A stretch of 64,000 nt of DNA from Squalus acanthias. Taxonomy: Eukaryota. Position 1 is the stretch's first letter. Each line of letters starts with the position of its first letter. Under the pieces are notes generated by a model. It was given only the letters and a program-made list of their open reading frames with translations. It was not told the origin of the DNA and made no database searches. The DNA lies in contig CM059432.1 in the NCBI GenBank assembly GCA_030390025.1, forward strand, positions 134,108,001 through 134,172,000, given 5' to 3'. This document shows, in pieces, positions 53,501 to 64,000 of this stretch. The translations under genes and the position numbers were made by a program.

Positions 53501-54165
53501 TGCTGTATATCCGTGTTAAATAGACTTGCTGTATATCTGTGTTAAATAGCCATGTTGTATATCTGTGTTAAATAAACTTGTTGCATATCTGTGTTAAATA
53601 ACCTTGTTGTATATCTGTGTTCAATACCCACGCAGTATTTCTGTGTTAAATGCACCAGTTGTATATCTGTGCTAAATACCCATGTTGTATATCTGTGTTA
53701 AATACACTTGTTTTATATCTGTGTTAAATACACGTGTTGTATATCTGTGTTAAATGCACTTGCTGTATATTTGTGTGAAATTCCCATGTTGTATATCTGT
53801 GTTAAATACCCATGCAGTATACCTGTGTTAAATAGCCATGCTGTATATCTGTGTTAAATATACTTGCTATATATCTGTGTTAAATGCACTTGTTGTATAT
53901 CTGTGTTAAATACACGTGTTGTATGTCTGTGTTAAATACCCAATTTGTATATCTGTGTGAAATACCCATGCTGTATATCTGTATTAATTATCCATGTTGA
54001 ATAGTTGTATTAAATACCCATGATGTATATCTATGTTAAATGTAATTGCTGTATATCTGTGTTAAATACCCATGCTCTATATCTGTGTTAAATGCATTTG
54101 TTCTTCATCTGTGTTAAATACCTATGTTGTATATCTGTGTTAAATAACCATGCTGTACATCTGTG

Positions 54166-54365
54166 GGGTTATGGGGATAGGATGGGATATGTTAGGGGGA
54201 ATTAAATACGTGGGGTTATGGGGGTAGGGTGGGATATATGTACTGTGGGGATTAAAGCAGGGACAGGGTACTGGATTTGAATGATCAGCCATGATCGTAT
54301 TGAATGGTGGAGCAGGCTCGACGGGCCGAATGGCCTACTCCTGCTCCTAGATTCTATGTCTATGT
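54166..54365 (+). mobile_element. 5'-truncated SINE (3' 200 bp of the HE1-like family)
   Basis: Reverse-complement match to ~610-825 (47-bp repeat plus CR1-type 3' end, TCTATG tail). Confidence 0.88.
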
Positions 54366-56250
54366 TTAAATAACCTTGTTGTATATCTGTGTTAAATACC
54401 CATGTTGTATATCTGTGTTAAATACCCATGTTGTATATCTGTGCTAAATAAACTTGTTGCATATCTGTGTTAAATACCCATGTTGTATATCTGTGTTAAA
54501 TAAACTTGTTGCATATCGGTGTTATATAACCTTGTTGTATATCTGTGTTAAATAAACTTGCTGTATATCTGTGTTAAATAACCTTGTTGTATATCTGTGT
54601 TAAATAACCATGCTGTATATCTGTGTTAAATAAACTTGTTATATATCTGTGTTAAATAACCTTGTTGTATATCTGTGTTAAATGCATTTGTTCTTCACCT
54701 GTGTTAAATACCCATGTTGTATATCTGTGTTAAATAACCATGCTGTATATCTGTGTTAAATACCCATGCCGTATTTCTGTGTGAAATGCATTTGTTCTTC
54801 ATCTGTGTTAAATACCCATGTTGTATATCTGTGTTAAATACCCATGATGTATATCTGTGTTAAAATACACATGCCATATTTCTGTGTTAAATAGATTTGC
54901 TGTATAACTGTGTTAAATACCCATGTTGTATAATTGTGTTAAATAAACTTGTTGCATATCTGTGTTAAATAACCTTGTTGTATATCTGCGTTCAATGCCC
55001 ACGCAGTATTTCTGTGTTAAATGCATTTGCTGTATATCTGTGTTAAATACCCATGCTGCAGATCTGTGTTACATCCCCATGCTGTATATCTGTGTTAAAT
55101 ACCCATGTTGTATATCTGTGTTAAATTCCCATGTTGTATATCTGTGTTAAATAAACTTGTTGTATATCTGTGTTAAATACACGTGTTGTATGTCTGTGTT
55201 AAATACCCAATTTGTATATCTGTGTGAAATACCCATGCTGTATATCTGTATTAATTACCCATGTTGAATAGTTGTATTAAATACCCATGATGTATATCTA
55301 TGTTAAATGTAATTGCTGTATATCTGTGTTAAGTACCCATGCTCTATATCTGTGTTAAATGCAATTTTTCTATATTTGTGTTAAATACCCATGCTGTATA
55401 TCTGTGTTAGATTAAATTGGTCTATATCTGTGTCAAATACCCATGTTGTATATCTGTGTTAAATGCAATTGCTGTATATCTATGTTAAATACCCATGCCT
55501 TATTTCTGTGTTAAATGCATTTGTTCTTCATCTGTGTTAAATACCTATGTTGTATATCTGTGTTAAATAACCATGCTGTACATCTGTGTTAAATAAATTT
55601 GTTGCATATCTGTGTTAAATAACCATGCTGTATATCTGTGTTAAATAAACTTGTTGTATATCTGTGTTAGATAACCTTGTTGTATATCTGTGTTAAATAA
55701 ACTTGTTGTATATCTGTGTTAAATACCCATGTTGTATATCTGTGTTAAATACCCATGTTGTATATCTGTGCTAAATAAACTTGTTGCATATCTGTGTTAA
55801 ATACCCATGTTGTATATCTGTGTTAAATAAACTTGTTGCATATCGGTGTTATATAACCTTGTTGTATATCTGTGTTAAATAAACTTGTTGTATATCTGTG
55901 TTAAATAACCTTGTTGTATATCTGTGTTAAATAACCATGCTGTATATCTGTGTTAAATAAACTTGTTATATATCTGTGTTAAATAACCTTGTTGTATATC
56001 TGTGTTAAATACCCATGCCGTATTTCTGTGTGAAATGCATTTGTTCTTCATCTGTGTTAAATACCCATGTTGTATATCTGTGTTAAATAACCATGCTGTA
56101 TATCTGTGTTAAATACCCATGCCGTATTTCTGTGTGAAATGCATTTGTTCTTCATCTGTGTTAAATACCCATGTTGTATATCTGTGTTAAATTCCCATGT
56201 TGTATATCTGTGTTAAATAAACTTGTTGCATATCTGTGTTAAAAAACCAT

Positions 56251-57143
56251 GGGGTAGAAATTAGGTCGCGCCCCATTTGGGGCGCAAATATCGTCTGGAC
56301 GCAAATATTAGCGCCTGGCGCTAATTATCGGCACTGACTGGAAACTTCACTTTTACCGCCCCGGGAGGTGAGTGGAGCGCTAAAGCAGGCGCTGCACACC
56401 TGTCTTAAGGCGCAAAGGCTGAGCAGTGAGGCGCTAACTCAGAACGCTGGCGAAGCTCATGTAATGTCAGTCAGCAATGGAACACACACACAATGGCACG
56501 GGCCAGTTCTTAAAGGGGATGGTTAATCTTGCTTTCCATCCACATCCTGTTCATTGCAGCCTTGAATCTCGGCCTGGAGAGACTTGCACATCAAATGTGC
56601 TGGAAAGAACAATGGAGAGTACCAGGCAAAGAGCTCAGAGTGCAGCTCCCACAGTCTCTGCTAAATCGATACAAGGAATGGCAAATCAAAATGAACCTGC
56701 AAAGTGCTGCTCAGTACCCAAAACTCCTTCACACAACGTTGAATCTCTCAAGAAGTCTCTCCCTCTCTCTCTCAGAATGCGTAGTTCAAAAATGCCACCA
56801 ACAATAAAAGACAGGAAGAGGCCCCCTTTAAATAGCGCCACCCCCAGCCCCACAGCGATTGATAGCGTTCCAGTCTTCTGGTCGTTGGATGCGCCAGGCG
56901 GTAAGGCAGGGGGCGCCACTCAATTTCCGCTCCGGGGCGCCACAAGGGCGTTGCACCATGGAATGATGTCACAATCTGCGCGCGCAGGTGGTCGCAGCGG
57001 TAAGTTTTAGCGCCGCCGCACAATCTCAAGTTAAGTTCTCGAGCGGCGCAAACATCGCTGCGCCCGGGCGTTAGCGGCTTTGCGCCCCATTAGCGCCCTC
57101 TTAAGGCGCTAACGGGAGGCGCAACCAACTGAATTTTTACCCC
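56251..57143. mobile_element. 893-bp Harbinger MITE (family Y), copy 3
   Basis: TIR GGGGTAGAAATT / GGGGTAAAAATT, TSD CAT; nearly identical (reverse complement) to 21913-22805. Confidence 0.94.
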
Positions 57144-58205
57144 CATATCTTTGTTAAATGTGCTTGTTCTATTTCTGTGTTAAATAACCATGTTGTATAC
57201 CTGTGTTAAATGCACTTTTTGTATATCTGTGTTAAATACCCATGTTATATATCAGTGTTAAATGCACTTGTTATATATCTGTGTTAAATACCCATACTGT
57301 ATATCTGTGTTCAATGCATTTGCACTATATCTGTGTGAAATACCCATGTTGTATATCTTTGTTAAATACCCATGCTGCAGATCTGTGTTAAATACCCATG
57401 CTGTATATCTGTATTAAATACCCATGTTGTATATCTGTGTTAAATACCCATGCTGCATATCTGTGTTAAAGACCCATGCTGTATATCTGTGTGAAATACC
57501 CATGCTGCATATCTGTGTTAAAGACCCATGCTGTATATCTGTATTAAATGCTCTTGTTGTATATCAGTGTAAAAAAGCCATGCTGTATATCTGTGTTAAA
57601 TGCACTTGCAGTATATCTGTGTTAAATACCCATGCTCTATATCTGTGTTAAATGCACTTTTTCTATATTTGTGTTAAATACCCATGCTGTATATCTGTGT
57701 TAGATTAAATTGGTCTATATCTGTGTCAAATACCCATGTTGTATATCTGTGTTAAATGCATTTGTTCTTCATCTGTGTTAAATACCTATGTTGTATATTT
57801 GTGTTAAATACCCATGTTGTATATCTGTGTTAAATAAACTTGTTGCATATCTGTGTTAAATAACCATGCTGTATATCTGTGTTAAATAAACTTGTTGTAT
57901 ATCTGTGTTAAATAACCTTGTTGTATATCTGTGTTAAATACGCATGTTGTATGTCTGTGTTAAATAAACTTGTTGTATATCTGTGTTAAATAACCTTGTT
58001 GTATATCTGTGTTAAATACGCATGTTGTATGTCTGTGTTAAATAAACTTGTTGCATATCGGTGTTAAATAACCTTGTTGTATATCTGTGTTAATAACCAT
58101 GCTGTATATCTGTGTTAAATAAACTTGTTGTATATCTGTGTTAAATAACCTTGTTGTATATCTGTGTTAAATATCCATGTTGTATATCTGTGTTAAATAA
58201 ACTTG

Positions 58206-58295
58206 AGAGGTCGCACAACACCAGGTTATAGTCCAACAGTTTTATTTGAAATCACAAGCTTTCGGAGCTATCGATTGCTCCTTCCTCAGGTGAAG
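58206..58295 (-). mobile_element. 90-bp Penelope-like short insert (family P2) carrying a hammerhead motif
   Basis: Flanked by TAAATAAACTTG (58194-58205; 58296-58307); overlaps in sequence with 14943-15032. Confidence 0.78.
58252..58293 (-). ncRNA. Minimal type I hammerhead ribozyme motif
   Basis: Minus strand: UCAC-CUGAGGA-A-GGAGC(aaucgaua)GCUCC-GAAA-GC-UU-GUGA. This gives stem I UCAC/GUGA, a CUGANGA core, a 5-bp stem II, GAAA and a loopless palindromic AGCU stem III with a CUU cleavage triplet. Confidence 0.8.
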
Positions 58296-61200
58296 TAAAT
58301 AAACTTGTTGTGTATCTGTGTTAAATACCCATGTTGTATATCTGTGTTAAATAACCAAGTTGTATATCTGTGTTAAATAACCTTGTTGTTTATCTGTGTT
58401 AAATACCCATTTTTTATATCTGTGTTAAATACCCATGTTGCAGATCTGTGTTAAATCCCCATGTTGTATATCTGTGATTAACAAAATTGTTGCATATCTG
58501 TGTTAAATAACCATGCTGTAGATCTGTGTTAAATAAACTTGTTGTATATCTGTGTTAAATACCCATGTTGTATATCTGTGTTAAATAAAATTGTTGCATA
58601 TCTTTGTTAAATACCCATGTTGTATATCTGCGTTCAATACCCACGCAGTATTTCTGTGTTAAATGCATTTGCTGTATATCTGTGATAAATACCCATGTTG
58701 TATACCTGTTTTAAATGCATTTGTTCTTCATCTGTGTTAAATACCCATGTTGTATATCTTTGTTAAATAACCATGCTGTATATCTGTGTTAAATAGACTT
58801 GCTGTATATCTGTGTTAAATACCCATGTTGCATATCTGTGTTAAATAAAATTGTTGCATATCTTTGTTAAATAACCTTGTTGTATAGCTGCGTTCAATAC
58901 CCATGCAGTATTTCTGTGTTAAATGCATTTGCTGTATATCTGTGTTAAATACCCATGTTGTATACCTGTGTTAAATGCACTTGTTATATATCTGTGTTAA
59001 ATACCCTTGCTGCAGATCTGTGTTAAATCCCCATGCTGTATATCTGTGTTAAATACCCATGTTGCATATCTGTGTTAAATAAAATTGTTGCATATCTGTG
59101 TTAAATAACCATGCTGTATATCTGTGTTAAATAACCATGCTGTATATCTGTGTTAATTACCCATGATGTATATCTGTGTGAAATACACATGCTGTATATC
59201 TGTGTTAAATGCATTTGTTCTTCATCTGTGTTAAATACCCATGTTGTATCTCTGTGTTAAATAACCATGCTGTATATCTGTGTTAAATAGACTTGCTGTA
59301 TATCTGTGTTAAATACCCATGTTGTATACCTGTTTGAAATGCATTTGTCCTTCATCTGTGTTAAATACCCATGTTGTATATCTGTGTTAAATACCCATGT
59401 TGTATACCTGTGTTAAATGCACTTGTTATATATCTGTGTTAAATACCCTTGCTGCAGATCTGTGTTAAATCCCCATGCTGTATATCTGTGTTAAATACCC
59501 ATGTTGTATATATGTGTTAAATAAACTTGTTGCATATCTGTGTTAAATAACCATGCTGTATATCTGTGTTAAATAACCATGCTGTATATCTGTGTTAATT
59601 ACCCATGATGTATATCTGTGTGAAATACACATGCTGTATATCTGTGTTAAATGCATTTGTTCTTCATCTGTGTTAAATACCCATGTTGTATATCTGTGTT
59701 AAATAACCATGCTGTATATCTGTGTTAAATAGACTTGCTGTATATCTGTGTTAAATACCCATGTTGCATATCTGTGTTAAATAAACTTGTTGCATATCTA
59801 TGTTAAATAACCTTGTTGTATATCAGCGTTCAATACCCATGCAGTATTTCTGTGTTAAATGCATTTGCTGTATATCTGTGTTAAAGACCCAAGCTGTATA
59901 TCTGTATTAAATGCTCTTGTTGTATATCAGTGTAAAAAAGCCATGCTGTATATCTGTGTTAAATGCACTTGCAGTATATCTGTGTTAAATACCCATGCTC
60001 TATATCTGTGTTAAATGCACTTTTTCTATATTTGTGTTAAATACCCACGCTGTATATCTGTGTTAGATTAAATTGGTCTATATCTGTGTCAAATACCCAT
60101 GTTGTATATCTGTGTTAAATGCATTTGTTCTTCATCTGTGTTAAATACCTATGTTGTATATCTGTGTTAAATAACCATGCTGTACCTCTGTGTTAAATAG
60201 ACTTGCTGTATATCTGTGTTAAATACCCATGTTGTATATTTGTGTTAAATACCCATGTTGTATATCTGTGTTAAATAAACTTGTTGCATATCTGTGTTAA
60301 ATAACCATGCTGTATATCTGTGTTAAATAAACTTGTTGTATATCTGTGTTAAATAACCTTGTTGTATATCTGTGTTAAATACGCATGTTGTATGTCTGTG
60401 TTAAATAAACTTGTTGCATATAGGTGTTAAATAACCTTGTTGTATATCTGTGTTAAATAAACTTGTTGTATATCTGTGTTAAATAACCTTGTTGTATATC
60501 TGTGTTAAATAACCATGCTGTATATCTGTGTTAAATAAACTTGTTGTATATCTGTGTTAAATAACCAAGTTGTATATCTGTGTTAAATAACCATGTTGTT
60601 TATCTGTGTTAAATACCCATTTTTTATATCTGTGTTAAATACCCATGTTGCAGATCTGTGTTAAATCCCCATGTTGTATATCTGTGATAAATAAAATTGT
60701 TGCATATCTGTGTTAAATAACCATGCTGTAGATCTGTGTTAAATAAACTTGTTGTATATCTGTGTTAAATACCCATGTTGTATATCTGCGTTCAATACCC
60801 ACGCAGTATTTCTGTGTTAAATGCATTTGCTGTATATCTGTGTCAAATACCCATGTTGTATATCTGTGTTAAATGCATTTGTTCTTCATCTGTGTTAAAT
60901 ACCTATGTTGTATATCTGTGTTAAATAACCATGCTGTACCTCTGTGTTAAATAGACTTGCTGTATATCTGTGTTAAATACGCATGTTGTATGTCTGTGTG
61001 AAATGCATTTTTGTATATCTGTGTTAAATAACCATGCTGTACCTCTGTGTTAAATAGACTTGCTGTATATCTGTGTTAAATAACCATGCTGTACCTCTGT
61101 GTTAAATAAACTTGTTGCATATCGGTGTTAAATAACCTTGTTGTATATCTGTGTTAAATAAACTTGTTGTATATCTGTGTTAAATAACCTTGTTGTATAT

Positions 61201-63363
61201 CTGTGTTAAATAACCATGCTGTATATCTGTGTTAAATAACCAAGTTGTATATCTGTGTTAAATAACCAAGTTGTATATCTGTGTTAAATCCCCATGTTGT
61301 ATATCTGTGATAAATAAAATTGTTGCATATCTGTGTTAAATAACCATGCTGTAGATCTGTGTTAAATAAACTTGTTGTATATCTGTGTTAAATACCCATG
61401 TTGTATAACTGTGTTAAATAACCATGCTGTATATCTGTGTTAAATAGACTTGCTGTATATCTGTGTTAAATACCCATGTTGTATATCTGTGTTAAATAAA
61501 ATTCTTGCATATCTTTGTTAAATAACCTTGTTGTATCGTAGCGTTCAATGCCCACGCAGTATTTCTGTGTTACATGCATTTGCTGTATATCTGTGATAAA
61601 TACCCATGTTGTATACCTGTTTTAAATGCATTTGTTCTTCAACTGTGTTAAATACCCATGTTGTATATATGTGTTAAATAACCATGCTATATATCTGTGT
61701 TAAATAGACTTGCTGTATATCTGTGTTAAATACCCATGTTGCATATCTGTGTTAAATAAACTTGTTCCATATCTGTGTTAAATAACCTTGTTGTATAGCT
61801 GCGTTCAATACCCATGCAGTATTTCTGTGTTAAATGCATTTGCTGTATATCTGTGTTAAATACCCATGTTGTATACCTGTGTTAAATGCACTTGTTATAT
61901 ATCTCTGTTAAATACCCTTGCTGCAGATCTGTGTTAAATCCCCATGCTGTATATCTGTGTTAAATACCCATGTTGTATATATGTGTTAAATAAACATGTT
62001 GCATATCTGTGTTAAATAACCATGCTGTATATCTGTGTTAAATAACCGTGCTGTATATCTGTGTTAATTACCCATGATGTATATCTGTGTGAAATACACA
62101 TGCTGTATATCTGTGTTAAATGCATTTGTTCTTCATCTGTGTTAAATAACCATGCTGTATATCTGTGTTAAATAGACTTGCTGTATATCTGTTTTAAATA
62201 CCCATGTTGCATATCTGTGTTAAATAAACTTGTTGCATATCTATGTTAAATAACCTTGTTGTATATCAGCGTTCAATACCCATGCAGTATTTCTGTGTTA
62301 AATGCATTTGCTGTATATCTGTGTTAAATACCCATGTTGTATACCTGTGTTAAATGCACTTGTTATATATCTCTGTTAAATAACCTTGCTGCAGATCTGT
62401 GTTAAATCCCCATGCTGTATATCTGTGTTATATACCCATGTTGTATATCTGTGTTAAATACCCATGTTGTATATCTGTGTTAAATACCCATGTTGTATAT
62501 ATGTGTTAAATAAACTTGTTGCATATCTGTGTTAAATAACCATGCTGTATATCTGTGTTAAATAACCATGCTGTATATCTGTGTTAATTACCCATGATGT
62601 ACATCTGTGTTAAATACACATGCCGTATTTCTGTGTTAAATGCATTTGTTCTTCATCTGTGTTAAATACCCATGTTGTATATCTGTGTTAAATAACCATG
62701 CTGTATATCCGTGTTAAATAGACTTGCTGTATATCTGTGTTAAATAGCCATGTTGTATATCTGTGTTAAATAAACTTGTTGCATATCTGTGTTAAATAAC
62801 CTTGTTGTATATCTGTGTTCAATACCCACGCAGTATTTCTGTGTTAAATGCACCAGTTGTATATCTGTGCTAAATACCCATGTTGTATATCTGTGTTAAA
62901 TACACTTGTTTTATATCTGTGTTAAATACACGTGTTGTATATCTGTGTTAAATGCACTTGCTGTATATTTGTGTGAAATTCCCATGTTGTATATCTGTGT
63001 TAAATACCCATGCAGTATACCTGTGTTAAATAGCCATGCTGTATATCTGTGTTAAATATACTTGCTATATATCTGTGTTAAATGCACTTGTTGTATATCT
63101 GTGTTAAATACACGTGTTGTATGTCTGTGTTAAATACCCAATTTGTATATCTGTGTGAAATACCCATGCTGTATATCTGTATTAATTATCCATGTTGAAT
63201 AGTTGTATTAAATACCCATGATGTATATCTATGTTAAATGTAATTGCTGTATATCTGTGTTAAATACCCATGCTCTATATCTGTGTTAAATGCATTTGTT
63301 CTTCATCTGTGTTAAATACCTATGTTGTATATCTGTGTTAAATAACCATGCTGTACATCTGTG

Positions 63364-63563
63364 GGGTTATGGGGATAGGATGGGATATGTTAGGGGGAAT
63401 TAAATACGTGGGGTTATGGGGGTAGGGTGGGATATATGTACTGTGGGGATTAAAGCAGGGACAGGGTACTGGATTTGAATGATCAGCCATGATCGTATTG
63501 AATGGTGGAGCAGGCTCGACGGGCCGAATGGCCTACTCCTGCTCCTAGATTCTATGTCTATGT
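63364..63563 (+). mobile_element. Duplicate of the truncated SINE at 54166 (copied with the array)
   Basis: Same sequence, breakpoints and flanks at offset 9,198. Confidence 0.9.
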
Positions 63564-64000
63564 TTAAATAACCTTGTTGTATATCTGTGTTAAATACCCA
63601 TGTTGTATATCTGTGTTAAATACCCATGTTGTATATCTGTGCTAAATAAACTTGTTGCATATCTGTGTTAAATACCCATGTTGTATATCTGTGTTAAATA
63701 AACTTGTTGCATATCGGTGTTATATAACCTTGTTGTATATCTGTGTTAAATAAACTTGCTGTATATCTGTGTTAAATAACCTTGTTGTATATCTGTGTTA
63801 AATAACCATGCTGTATATCTGTGTTAAATAAACTTGTTATATATCTGTGTTAAATAACCTTGTTGTATATCTGTGTTAAATGCATTTGTTCTTCACCTGT
63901 GTTAAATACCCATGTTGTATATCTGTGTTAAATAACCATGCTGTATATCTGTGTTAAATACCCATGCCGTATTTCTGTGTGAAATGCATTTGTTCTTCAT

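Larger units (their letters stand above)
43511..64000. repeat. Main 26-bp satellite array with higher-order repeats and a segmental duplication
   Basis: Continuous units apart from five small insertions; 47049-47360 repeats at 48686-48997; ~50190-54802 repeats at ~59388-64000; runs off the window end. Confidence 0.97.

Noticed and set aside
56477..57010. 177-aa ORF repeated at 22046-22579 (126 aa at 6186)
   Set aside because: It recurs because the MITE copies are young; it is truncated in copy 1 and only ~9 codons resemble a Myb N-terminus.
63364..63563. Independent second SINE insertion at a specific site
   Set aside because: Identical truncation point and kilobases of shared flank show it was copied by the segmental duplication.
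44568..64000. CRISPR-like constant-repeat/variable-spacer appearance
   Set aside because: The variable part is only ~6 nt from a few related words, there are no unique spacers or cas genes, and the context is eukaryotic.

Overview
Eukaryotic, vertebrate-type heterochromatic DNA, most likely cartilaginous fish (inferred from an HE1/V-SINE-like tRNA-derived SINE with a CR1 tail and several CR1 families). No host protein-coding gene was found. About half the window is an AT-rich 26-bp tandem repeat (consensus AAATACCCATGTTGTATATCTGTGTT) with kb-scale higher-order repeats and a >=4.6-kb duplication at a 9,198-bp offset. Inserted in it are four CR1 LINEs (all minus strand), nine PIF/Harbinger-type DNA elements (three two-gene transposase + Myb/SANT elements, one nearly intact, and six MITEs), a solo LTR, three SINE copies and four 76-119-bp Penelope-like inserts, one with a complete minimal hammerhead ribozyme. 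Main observations: (1) all nine Harbinger-type insertions have freely varying 3-bp TSDs but share a symmetric flank with A at -4 and T at +4; (2) four distinct CR1s sit at the same position and orientation in the 26-bp unit; (3) the 25590-29735 Harbinger is one homopolymer base from intact and has three 893-bp MITE relatives in the window. All coordinates were read by eye and no database search was run.
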